Origin: Octopus sinensis
Taxonomy: Eukaryota
Assembly: GCF_006345805.1 (NCBI RefSeq)
Contig: NC_042999.1
Location: 160,456,001 to 160,520,000 of the forward strand
Direction of reading: 5' to 3'
DNA length: 64,000 bases
The notes under the pieces were generated by a model. It worked only from the letters and a program-made list of their open reading frames with translations. It did not search any database and was not told the DNA's origin. The position numbers and the translations under genes were made by a program. Of the stretch, positions 37,790 through 49,774 are shown piece after piece (within the stretch, counting starts at the first letter, position 1; every line of letters begins with the position of its first letter).

Positions 37790-39252
37790 ACTCTTTACTC
37801 ATACTTGTTTCAGTCATGTGACTGTGGCCATGCTGGAGCACCGCCATTAGTTGAGCAAGTTGACCCTAGGACTTATTCTTTGTAAGCCCAGTACTTATTC
37901 TATCGGTCTCTTTTACCGAACCGCAAAGTTACGGGAACGTAAACACACCACCATCAGTTGTCAAGCAATGTTGGGGGACAAACACAGACACACAAACATA
38001 TATACACACACACATATATATATATATACATATATACGACAGGCTTCTTTCAGTTTCCGTCTACCAAATCCACTCACAAGGCTTTGGTCGGCCCGAGGCT
38101 ATAGTAGAAGACACTTGCCCAAGATGCCACGCAGTGGGACTGAACCCAGAACCATGTGGCTGGTAAGCAAGCTACTTACCACACAGCCACTCCTGCGCCT
38201 ATGTGAAGGAGCAATAAATAATAGGAACACATGGGAGACGGATTTTCTCAAATAGCCAGGAGGATTCTCAGAGGATGTCGATAGTTTCTGTTATCTGATA
38301 TCACTGCTGTGTGAGTGGATCTTTTACCTTTTACTTGTTTCATTCATTGGACTGTGGCCATGCTGGAGTACTGCTTTGAACAAATTGATCTCAGTACTTA
38401 CTTTTAAGTTCAGTACTTATTCTATCAGGTTTTTTTTCACAACCACTAAGTTACAGGGACATAAACAAACCAACACTAGTTGTCAAGCAGTGATAAGAGA
38501 CAAACAACCACATATACATACACACACACACACATATGGTGGCTTTCATACAGTTTCCATCAACAAAATTCACTCACAAGGCATTGATCAGCCCATGGCT
38601 ATAGTAGACTCTTGCCTAAAGAGCTGTGCAGTGGGACTGAACCAGAAGTCATGTGGTAGCAAAGCAAGCTCCTTAAGACTGTTCTAATATGCATCTATGG
38701 CTGTCTAAGCAGCATTTACAGGCCCCAAGGCAAATCAAATCAAAGTCCAGTGATTTGATTTATTTGACAGTAAGTCACAGCATACCTAAATCAGAATTGA
38801 GTTCCTAGACCTGTTGAGCTCAGGGGCCCTAACAGGGAACCACAGGCAATGGTCATATTTTTCAGCTAAAGTTGCACATGGCTGTGTGACAAGAAGCTTG
38901 CTTCCCTACCACATGGTTCCAGGTTCAGTCCCACTGCATGGCACCTTAGGCAAATGTCTTCTACTGTAGCCTTAGGCCAACCAAAGCCTTGCGAGTGGAA
39001 TTGGTAGAGGGAAACTGAAAGAAGCCTGTCATATATGTGTGTGAGTGTATGTGTCCTTGTGTCTGTCCCCCACCATTGCTTGACAACAGGTGTTGGCGAG
39101 CTTACTTCCCGGTAGCTTAGCGGTTCGGCAAAAGGAACTGATAGAATAGATACTAGGCTTTAAAAACACAAGTCCCGGAGTCGATTTGTTTGACTAAAAT
39201 CCTTTAAGGCGGTGCTCCAGCATGGCCGCAGTCAAATGACTGAAACAACAAA
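37790..39252. mobile_element. Cluster of three SINE A copies (37790-38202 -, 38325-38695 -, 38870-39252 +)
   Basis: Family matches of differing divergence. Confidence 0.8.
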
Positions 39253-39948
39253 GAATAACCGTGGAACCATCAGTATAACAGGGGTTCAGTTTCTGATGTT
39301 GACACAGCTCCGTACAAACACACACCAGCACATAAACACACTCTGTTTCTTTGACGGGGTATTCAGAGTAATGTACAGAAATGTTAATGAGAAAGTAAGC
39401 AATTATGACAATAGCGAGCATGACATCCAGTCTAATATAACAATAATGTCATTCACATATAATACATACTCTGATGTACCAATGAATAAGTGTACGTGCT
39501 AAATACTGCATGTCTATGTGTGTGTATGTATCCATGGTCTTATACACGTACCCTGAAAAGCTAGAATCTAACTACTAGATGCATACATGCATCTAATACT
39601 ATATATTACACAACCTCACATGCAACAAACAGATCCTAAAAGTGTGATCGATGAATTTTCAACTTTTACTCGATCACTCTTTGTAAAATCTGCAATAAAT
39701 ATATAAGACGGGTTAAAAGAACCAACGAATTACTGCCACTTACACAAGTTTCTCTCTTTCTCACACACAGACAGACACACACACACAGACATACACTTTT
39801 TTTGAAACAGACTAATGAGTGAGTGTTGGTGATTCATATTGCTATTGCTAGGATGATTTTGCGTTACCAGACGTCTGCGCCTCGCGAGGTAGAATGACCA
39901 CTCTATCGTATGTATATGTATGTTGTATGCGTGTGTGTGTGTGTGTGT

Positions 39949-39979
<31 letters not shown>

Positions 39980-40695
39980 AAAAGAGAGAGTGAACAAGTG
40001 CGTGTGGGAGATGCGTGCGTGTGTCCATCCGCCCGCTTGTAGCTGCGTATGCCTATGAATATATTTTTACACAAATCGATAGAGTAGTAAATAAATATAT
40101 ACATAAAAATACCTTATCTTCATACGGATGTGTTATGTGTGTATTTGAAATTATGCCTGTTCGATGTGGGTGTGTGTATATAAATACGCACGCACGCACA
40201 CACAGACGTGTATACACAGTTTACACGATTAACATTCGAGGGAAAAATGTGAAACCTGATAGTTTTAAGTATAACAAGTGGAAAAACTCCGTCTAATCCT
40301 CAATTCCTTAGAAACACACATAAATGCAACTAAGTAAATATTAATAGAGCTGACAAGATTGGAGCTTTCAAAAAATAACAAAAGGCTAATTTTTATTTTC
40401 CGTAAGTGGAAAGGACTTCAACAAAGAAAGCGCGAATATATATATGTATTTGTGAATTAGGAAATGGTAACACAAGAACAGAATTACACCCAGCACACAT
40501 ACACACAGAGAAGTAGAGACACAGACACACATATAAACTGACAAATAATAGTTATCTTTAATTACAAATGCGTGAAGTTTCCGAATGGGGCTCTGAGTTG
40601 TGACATCATTCCATATTCATCAGAAATATCGATCTGAGGGGAGTACACCCCACACGCACACGCACACCCACACACTCACACAATATTATGCATGC

Positions 40696-40696
<1 letters not shown>

Positions 40697-40778
<82 letters not shown>
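40697..40778. repeat. (GATA)n microsatellite, about 20 units
   Basis: Direct observation. Confidence 0.97.
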
Positions 40779-40909
40779 TAATATCGAAAATATTAAAGGT
40801 TGTGGGAATGGCCAGTTTAAAATGAAGGCTAAGGGAAAGGCACCACGGATATCAGTGAATGAAAGTGAAAAGTAAATAAATCGAAATAGGTTTTAAGGGT
40901 CGAACTCAC

Positions 40910-41033
40910 CTATGGTTGATATATGAGTATCCAGGAACTCATCGTTGGCATAACGGCACAGGATACAAGACTTGCCGACCCCGGTGTCGCCGAGAAGGAG
41001 CAGGCGTACTAAAATATCGTAACACTTGGCCAT
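40910..41033 (-). CDS. RAB15: Rab15-like small GTPase, coding exon 1 ([42 protein letters not shown])
   Basis: ATG at 41033 in GTTATGG context; G1 P-loop GDTGVGKS; HISTIG effector loop typical of Rab15; 124 bp ending at G|GTGAGT donor, the first-exon size of Rab8/13/15 genes. Confidence 0.93.
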
Positions 41034-41521
41034 AACTGGACGTGGAGTCGCAATAGCCGGTGGTCTGATAATGGTGTTGATAATAATAATGATGATGCTG
41101 ATGATGATGACGATGATGATGATGATAATGATGATGATTACTTTGACGGCCTCCACAGCGACGACGACCACCACTACGATGGAGGTACTGCAGTATAGAG
41201 ATTTCTTTGAGTGTGTTTGGGTATCGGTGAGCTCTCTCCATAGGCTTGCAGCCAACAGGCCGAGCCGGGGTAAAAGTGTTTACAGGAAGTGTTGAAGGTG
41301 GTGGTCACGGCTGCGGCAGTGTTGGTGGTAGTGGTGGTGGTGGGTGTACCGAAGAATGAAGTCGGATTGAGGGAAAATACACCTGGCAGTATTTGGTTTG
41401 GTGGCGACAGTAGGATGACGGACGGATAAAGAGAACAAGGCGGGTAGGCAGTCTTGTAGAATGGTGTTCCCACCTCCGCCGTCTCTAAGTTGTCAACAGT
41501 CGGTGGTTAGGCAGCGTGACT
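41034..41521 (-). other. 5' UTR portion of the Rab15 ATG-containing exon, with (ATC)n/(ACC)n repeats
   Basis: Strong acceptor CCTTTCTACTTTTGGTTGTTTACTTCCTCTTTCAG| ending at 41522 on the minus strand, continuous with the CDS exon. Confidence 0.6.
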
Positions 41522-41626
41522 CTGAAAGAGGAAGTAAACAACCAAAAGTAGAAAGGAACACAGTTTGTTTCTGCGGCGAAGGAATGTCTGATAGGAGAGG
41601 AATGTTCGGAAGTAGGGATCGGAGAC

Positions 41627-42361
41627 ACACACACACACACATACAACTACATACATAAGTACATGCGGACATCCATCTACACGCGTACATACATCCATCC
41701 ATCCATCCATCCATACATACATTCATATATATATACATAAATACATACATACATACATACATACATACATCCATCCATCCATACATAAATACATACATAC
41801 ATGCATACATACACACACACACATACATACACACACACACTCACTCACACACACACATACATACATAGATCCATGCATACACACATCCATCCATCCATCC
41901 ATCCATACATACATAGCTTGTTCTTAAAAACAATAAACACTAAATATTCAGAGAAATCTATAAAAGATGAACGAGATAAATATTTATTTTTCATTTCCAG
42001 AATTGTAAGTTAAAAGTGTTTTTAAAAATAAATAAATATATAAACGTGCGTGAAGTGAAAGAAATCAATATATGTATGGTGACACATTTATTTATATAAT
42101 TTGGTTGATAATGACTTCGAAGTTTCACGTGTAAACATGTTCAAAGTGTGAACAACTGAACAAGCTACCGCCGGCGACACTTCGAATTTACTAAGTTACT
42201 ATATCGAAAATTATAATGTATACGCGTGCGGCGTGTGTGTACGTGTGTGTGTACGTGTGTGTGTACGTGTGTGTGTGTGTACGTGTGTGTGTGCGCATGT
42301 GTGCGTGTGTGTTTGTGTGTGCGTGTGTGTATGTGTGTTTGTGTGTGTGTGCGTGCGTGTG

Positions 42362-42399
<38 letters not shown>

Positions 42400-42492
42400 T
42401 GCGTGTGTACGTGCGTGTGTTTGTGTGTGTACGTGGGTGTGTTTGTGTGTGTACGTGTGTGTGTTTGTGTGTGTGTGTGTGCGTGTGTGTGT
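41627..42492. repeat. Compound microsatellites: (CATA/CATC)n at 41627-41915 and cryptic (GT)n at 42226-42492
   Basis: Direct observation; these explain the Cys/Val- and His/Thr-rich ORFs. Confidence 0.95.
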
Positions 42493-42968
42493 CATAGAGA
42501 CACGTGAAATCTGCAGGTATATGTAGAACATGATTTGTTAAAAGAAGGAACTACTACACATCTTTAAGAATGGGTTTGCTTCTAAGGAACTGGTTTCAGT
42601 TGTTTAACCCTAGGTTAGCCTTGAATGAGCCAACCAAATATTAAATGCATTAAATCATAACTATCTCATCTTTTACTCATGTTATATATCTAGGTATACA
42701 TTACAGAATTACAGATATAACCTCTTTTTAAGACAGGAAACTGTAATCTGAGGGAAATTTGTCTGTCATTTCTAGCAGATCAGGCAACTACATTAAGAGT
42801 ACCTCTTCTGTATCTATGTGATAACATTTGGCGCATTCCATGTATAAAATGTACTCGCTTCTAATTATCCTTTTATATTCCACTGCTAATTATTCATTTA
42901 TATTCAAAATACAAGTATAGCCACAATCACACCTGTATATGTGTGTGTGGCGCGCGCGTGTGAGTAGA

Positions 42969-43103
42969 TACCTATTTCTTTATTGCCCACAAGGGGCTAA
43001 ACACAGAGGGGACAAACAAGGACAGACATAGGTATTAAGTCGATTACTTCGACCCCAGTGCGTAACTGGTACTTAATTTATCGACCCCGAAAGGATGAAA
43101 GGC
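42969..43103 (-). mobile_element. SINE family C 3' part
   Basis: Reverse-complement match. Confidence 0.75.
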
Positions 43104-43233
43104 GTGTAGATAGATACACTTGCATCCGCATATATGCTGATGGTCGCGGTCGTTCTTTGCACTTCAAAAGACATCACGAAATATACTTTTTAGTCAAATG
43201 AAAATATGTAAATGACGCGATATAAATGTGTGT

Positions 43234-43282
<49 letters not shown>

Positions 43283-43591
43283 GGCCTTTAAATACATAGT
43301 AGTCTTTGTTATAAGATATAATTACATAAATATGCAGATACCCAACGAACATACACGGAGACATAATTGTCACTAATTACGTTCGGAGAAACCCTCCGTA
43401 CACGCCCGCACACACACACACAAACACATACATACACAAACATACACACACTCACATATACACACAGATAAGCGCACATGACAGTAAAAAAAATACAGTG
43501 TCACTGGCACTCAACGCAGGCGACGGGGGGTCATCGTAAAATAAATATACAAGGGTTTGTGTTTACTCAGTTTAAGAAGGCGAGTACTTAC

Positions 43592-43750
43592 CTCTAGGTC
43601 TGTTTTATTGCTAAGGTATCTAGTGATTTCGGCTATATCACGTTCCATCGGTCTAACACGTGTCCGTCTAACGCGTAATCATTCCAAAGACATCGGTGAA
43701 TATTGGAGAACAAGCATTATTATTTATTCTGACCACGACTACAATTCTTA
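43592..43750 (-). other. Putative non-coding first exon of Rab15 (5' boundary unknown)
   Basis: Perfect AG|GTAAGTA donor at 43592/43591 in CpG-retaining unique sequence; pairs with the acceptor at 41522 (2070-bp intron). Confidence 0.5.
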
Positions 43751-44051
43751 AAACGAGTTGAACTGTTTCCCTGGCTTGTTTACTGTTACATAATTAACAT
43801 AGTATATGTATGTAGCTATTTTTTACTTATAAAGTGTATGGTCGAAATAAGAAGGCATGTGAAAATGCTTTATGGTAGTGTAGAAAAGCAATCGAAAGCA
43901 GTAACAGTCAAATTCTAGGTGACCATGAGGAAACGGAAGACACATCGAAGGCAATATTGCTGCTATGCTGATTGTGTTGTTTAATGTTAACGAAAGACGA
44001 CTGCAGCAGAGAGAATGTAAAGAAGGCAAGGCCGACTGGTCATCTCGGTAG
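43750..44051. promoter_or_regulatory. Putative bidirectional promoter and plus-strand first exon
   Basis: CpG-retaining, repeat-free segment; ETS-like CGGAAG at 43934; plus-strand donor-like CG|GTAGGT (44047) or AG|GTAATG (44051). No downstream plus-strand coding exon was recognised. Confidence 0.3.
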
Positions 44052-44313
44052 GTAATGACACCTACTCAACGAAGCAATGTCCTTGATTCACCAAAGTAAC
44101 CTGAGATCGTTCATGACAAAGGCGAACATTTGTCGGCGGTTAAGCTTCAGCTATATCTTAGACTGCAGTTTCCCCCTAAGTTTTTCCTCTGGTCTGTTAA
44201 CAAGAAAACTCGAGCGTAGAGAGACTGCAGTCTGCATGATTAGCGGTCGTTTCTATACACCATGTATCGATCACTACAACAACTTCGCTTATTTCTTCCA
44301 CAGCCAACCCACC

Positions 44314-44382
<69 letters not shown>

Positions 44383-44782
44383 AGCTGGCGTCTGCTCTCT
44401 GAGGAAATACGTATAAGATTGAGCAATCTCATTAAAAATTACCAGCTTAATGTTGAAAAGCTTGAGTTAAATAAATATCAGACAATATTAAGTGTGATGT
44501 CTATAAAACCATAACTTGTACATTAAGTAGGGAAACGAGAAATAGAGGAGAAAAAGGAGAAACGGAAAAAAAAAAACGTGGCATTACTAAAGAAAAGCAC
44601 AAAAATAAAAAGAAGAGGAAGGAGTTAAATCTTAAGTTGGAAGAATGAATTACGTTACTTAGGTGTAATCCTTCAAAGCAATCATAAGCAAATATGTTTC
44701 AAAAAGTCTATATAGTTTAGTTATTGTAGAGAATGTGTGTGTTATGTGTATGTATGTTTGTACATATGTATGTATGTATTGC

Positions 44783-45100
44783 ATCGCACCTTTGGCAAGT
44801 GTCTTCTACTATAGCCTTGGGCCGACCAAAGCCTTGTGAGTGGATTTGGTAGACGGAAACTGAAAGAAGCCCGTCGTATATATATATATATATGCGTGTG
44901 TGTGTCTGTATTTGTCCCCCTAGCATTGCTTGACAACCGATGCTGGTGTGTTTATGTCCCCGTTACTTAGCGGTTTGGCAAAAGAGGCCGATAGAATAAG
45001 TACTGGGCTTACAAAGAATAAGTCCCGGGGTCGATTTGCTCGACTAAAGGCGGTGCTTCAGCATGCCCGCAGTCAAATGACTGAAACAAGTAAAAGAGTA
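44783..45100 (+). mobile_element. SINE family A, 5' truncated
   Basis: Starts at the CORE-like box. Confidence 0.8.
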
Positions 45101-45817
45101 TATATATATATATATATATATATAATGTACTCCTCACCAAAAATAATGACTTGAATCTTTTCTTAATTCAAACATTTTTTATTTCTATAATTATGAGCTA
45201 AACATAATAGCAAAAACTAATCAACTCTCTAACTGACAATACATTTTAATTCAAATATTTAGAAAATATTACAAATCTTTAAACAAATAAATAATTTGGT
45301 ACCCCACCATTTTATCAAATCTTTTAAAAATGATACTTATACAACTTTCTTTACAATCACCAGTAAACCTTGTTGACTAGGATTAAAATACAAAAATCAT
45401 TTTTATTTCCTACTTTTGTTGTATATTTGTGAATGACCATTTCTTCTAAAAACAAAATTATCTTCATCAGGATACATAATAATGAGTAATAATATATTTT
45501 CTCATGACAACCTAAATAATGACATCATGTGTGAAGTTTAAGATATTGATCTACCAGCCACATTGAGCTTAAACCTCTGTATATTCATTATGTTGTTTTA
45601 ATAATTATAATCTATTATAAAGACGACAAGCTGGAAGAGTTGCTAGTTCACTGGACACAGTGCTTGGTGGCATTTTGTTTAGGGTTGATAAAGTAAGTAC
45701 CAGTCGGACACTGGGGTCAATGTAATCAATTTTCTCCCTTCCTTGAAATTGTTGGCCTTGTGCTAGCATGATCTTCAAATATTGGGCCTCACAGAGGCAA
45801 GGGATGAGGCGGTAAAG

Positions 45818-46018
45818 CAGTGGTTTTCAACCAGGGTTCCGCGGAACCTTAGGGTTCCGCCAGTACAGTCTAGGGGTTCCGCAAGAAGTTACAAAACTGC
45901 TAAAATCGGCAGTCATTTTTAATTCTCCTGTGCAGATATGTGTGCATAAGACTATTGAATTATTGCACAGGGGTTCCTCGAGCCAGTGGAATGTTTCCTT
46001 GGGGTTTGAAAAGCACTG
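45818..46018. mobile_element. hAT-type MITE (201 bp)
   Basis: CAGTGGTTTTCAA...TTGAAAAGCACTG TIRs; 8-bp TSD (C/T)GGTAAAG. Confidence 0.85.
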
Positions 46019-46392
46019 TGGTAAAGCATGATCTCCAAACGCTGAGCCTTGTGGAGGTGATGACAGGTGACCAAGTCCTCCTTGACAATATGCTGTGCTT
46101 GAGAAAACTTATGAAGACAAGTGAAAACGTAATTGAGACTGTTGCCAGGGTCATGTAGACGGCACCCATGAAAGTGTCGTTGTGTACTGGTGTCACGTAA
46201 ATGACATCCATGCTGGTGGCATATAAAAAAGCACCCATTATGGTGGTTGGCCTTAGGAAGGGCATCAAACTATAGAGACCATGCCAAATCAGACCGGAAC
46301 CTGGTGCAGCTCTCTGGCTTACTAGTTCCAGTGAAACCATCTAACCCATGCCACCATGGAAAGTGGATGTTAAATGATGATGATGATGATGA
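46019..46392 (+). mobile_element. Diverged RTE ORF end and 3' UTR
   Basis: VKHDLQTLSLVEVMT ORF end; terminus with GAT tail. Confidence 0.65.
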
Positions 46393-46571
46393 ACACAGCC
46401 TTTCGTCCATCTTTACTTCTGAGTTTGAATTCAGCCAAGGTTGACTGTACCTTTCATCCTTTCAGGGTCATTAAAGTGAGTATCAGCTGAGCTCAGGAGT
46501 CGATTTAATCAACTTAACACCACCCTTTAAATTACTGGCCTTGTACCAAAATTTGAAACTAATAATTATAA

Positions 46572-46970
46572 TCTTTATATATAAAAGTGAGGTTGTGTGC
46601 TGTCTGTCTCCTATGATTTAGATTCCTAACTACTCCCACATTTTGCGGTGCAGTTTAACCAAAACCGGGTATCTTATAGTCGTGATTCATATCGAGCCCT
46701 TCTGGGTATTAGCGTGCGTCTATGATGAGTCTACGATTTAAAAAAAAATTTACCATCAATTTTTCCCATTTTTTAATGCATTTTTGGCATATATAAGGAA
46801 AGTAACTCTCTAAAACTTTATTATTAAATCTCAGAACGTAAAAAGCTACAGTAACACCACCCCCCTTTGTGGTTAACCATATTGAGATGGCTATTATACT
46901 TTACATCTCTAAAAATGCTTATATAGTTATTTCCCTTACAAACCCAAGCAACGCCGGGCGATACTGCTAG
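46572..46970 (+). mobile_element. Helitron family E, long variant
   Basis: A|TC...hairpin...CTAG|T. Confidence 0.88.
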
Positions 46971-47680
46971 TATATTATATAAAATCGTTCTGTCTATCTG
47001 TGTGTGTCTTCTAGGATCTCGGGCATCCTCCATCTGATTGCGCTCAAATTTGATATGCTGATACCGACAGTATCAGGGCGTGTATAAGTCTTGAAAAAAT
47101 TACAAAAATCGATTCCAGGTGTGAATGTGATCAATAAAGCCGTGGGAACGTGCATTTGTATGCAAAAGTACATCAGCTGTTGTGATTGATACTACGCGTA
47201 TGCGAGAAAAAGTCTAATATATTTTCTCATGACAACCTAAATAATGACATCATGTGTGAAGTTTAAGATATTGATCTACCAGCCACATTGAGCTTAAACC
47301 TCTGTATATTCATTATGTTGTTTTAATAATTATAATCTATTATAAAGATGACAAGCTGGAAGAGTCGCTAGTTCACTGGACACAATGCTTGGTGGCATTT
47401 TGTTTAGGGTTGATAAAGTAAGTACCAGTCAAACACTGGGGTCAATGTAATCAACTTTCTCCCTTCCTTGAAGTTGTTGGTCTTGTGCTAGCGTGATCTT
47501 AAAATATTGGGCCTCACAGAGGCAAGGGATTCTTCTTTTGCTGGTGTCTCAAATTTACATTAAATCAGCGTTTCTCAAAGGGGAGGCCTATGGGACGGTT
47601 GGACAAGTTGTTTTGAGAAAATTTAGCTTAAATGTTTGACAACTCAGCACCGTCCATTGGATGGGTAGTGTTTTGCTCGC
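46971..47680 (+). mobile_element. Helitron family F carrying a 316-bp insertion (47215-47530)
   Basis: 5' and 3' parts colinear with 12549-12965; the insert matches 45490-45805. Confidence 0.8.
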
Positions 47681-47681
47681 A

Positions 47682-47772
<91 letters not shown>

Positions 47773-47774
<2 letters not shown>

Positions 47775-48688
47775 AGCATGTACCTAAAAGTAATCAGAAA
47801 CGTTCTCTGTGGGACAAGCCCATTGTAGTTCAGGCTTTTGCCACTTAGTGCAACCCTTAGGCATCTGTCTGCCAACTGGCAGAATCCAGTAATGTCGTGT
47901 GGTGCATCTTTGTTTTGCAGTACTTCTCCCTTGTTTGTCAACTTTTGCAATGGCTGAAATAAAGGAACAGTGTGCTTGCAGAAAATTTTGTTTCTTGCTG
48001 AGGAAAACAGTGGCTGAAACACTTGTCATGCTTCAAACAGCTTACAAGGACCCGGCCATGAGCAAAATCCAAGTTTACAGCTGGTTTTCACAGTTTAGGA
48101 ATGGTTAGTTGTCGCTTGAATATCAACCACGTTCAGGGTTATCAACAACCTCCTGAATGAATGGAAACATCACGGAAATTCATGATCTGATTTTGGAGGA
48201 CCGTCACTGGATAATTGATGAACTTGTTGATATGACTGGTGTGTCTTGAAGCTCCTGCCAATGAATTTTGAGCAAGGAATTGTGAAGGAAAAGAGTCGCA
48301 GCAAAATTTGTGCCTTGCTCAGTCATGGAAGTATGAGACAGTTTTTGACCAAAAATGTTATGTCCCCATTTACCCACCCTTCCACTTCACTTGATCTTCC
48401 TCCCTGCATTTTTTCTTTTTTTTTTTTTTTTGTTCCCCCAAATAAATAAAAAATCCTTAAAGGAAAACGTTTTACAGATATGGAAGAGGTGAAGACAAAA
48501 ACAATGGGGACATTAAAAGGTGTCACTTTGCAAGAGTTCTAGGACTGCTTCAAACAGTGGAAAATATTTCTGGACCAATGCATCACTTCAAATGAAGAAT
48601 ACTTTGAAGGCAATAAAAGCGTAAACATGTAAAATAAAGTCAATAAAATAATATTACAAAATTCCGGTTTCTTTCGGGTACCCCCTTG
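47773..48688 (+). mobile_element. Mariner transposon, internally deleted
   Basis: Degenerate GGGGGTACCC.AAAG..ACCGGAA TIRs; MAEIKEQ..KFCF...TVAETLVMLQTAY, VAAKFVP and LKGKRF motifs. Confidence 0.85.
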
Positions 48689-48849
48689 TGTATAATGGTA
48701 ATACTATATAACACTGGAAGCAGAAACAGCTGTTAGATGGGATGCAGTCTATTTGTATTGAATTAAAAACTAATAATTGATGCAAGTCAATTGTTGTTGA
48801 TCAATATTTCTCCATGTTCTGTTTACTTTAAATTTTATATATATATATA

Positions 48850-49246
48850 TCTTTATATATAAAAGTGAGGTTGTGTGCTATCTGTCTCCTACGATTTAGA
48901 TTCCTAACTACTCCCACATTTTGCGGTGCAGTTTAACCAAAACTGGGTATCTTATAGTCGTGATTCATATCGAGCCCTTCTGGGTATTAGCGCGTGTCTA
49001 CGATGAGTCTACGATTTAAAAAAATTTCACCATCAATTTTTCCCATTTTTAATGCATTTTTGGCATATATAAGGGAAGTAACTCTCTAAAACTTTATTAT
49101 TAAATCTCAGAACTTAAAAAGCAACAGTAACCCCCCCCCCCTTTGTGGTTAGCCATATTGAGATGGCTATTATACTTTACATCTCTAAAAATGCTTATAT
49201 AGTTATTTCCCTTACAAACCCGAGCAACGCCGGGCGATACTGCTAG
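48850..49246 (+). mobile_element. Helitron family E, long variant
   Basis: A|TC...CTAG|T, 397 bp. Confidence 0.88.
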
Positions 49247-49774
49247 TACAATATATTGTAGTTTGTTACATACCCAAGTCACATCAAACATGACGTTACC
49301 TCGGCCATGGAATAAATGAATAGACAACTGATGAATAAACAATACATCTACCTTGCAAAGAGGCCATTAAGAAAAATAAAATTTGAATTACACAATACAA
49401 GTAGCTCTAGAGGAATCTTTCCCGAGGCAACCACTGCAGCCAATGGCTTTTCAATGATAAACGTAAGTCTATCATTATATAACATTAAGTGTGTCACATA
49501 ATAAAGAAGAAAATGGTTGTGAATCAATATTGTTTTCTGCTCTACTCACGTTAGATCCTTTACTAAACATTTTGCTCAATCTTTCCTTCCCGGAGCATCA
49601 ACGTTATAAAAATTCCTTCCTCGAGGTTGTGTTCTTGCAGTTGTCAACTTACAGACATTTGGGTAAAACATCAACTGTTTCAATCTCACTAGTCTCTTAA
49701 ATTTAACAGGACCATTTTATCTGGTTCCAAATACATTTTGAAACTCCTCGATTAATGCAATTTTTTACTTTTTT

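Noticed and set aside
42211-42531. Cys/Val- and His/Thr-rich ORFs (also 41493-41914 and 53526-53891)
   Set aside because: These are translations of (GT)n/(CA)n microsatellites.
49550-49745. Minus-strand exon candidate with a GTGAGT donor
   Set aside because: All frames contain stops and no protein family was recognised.
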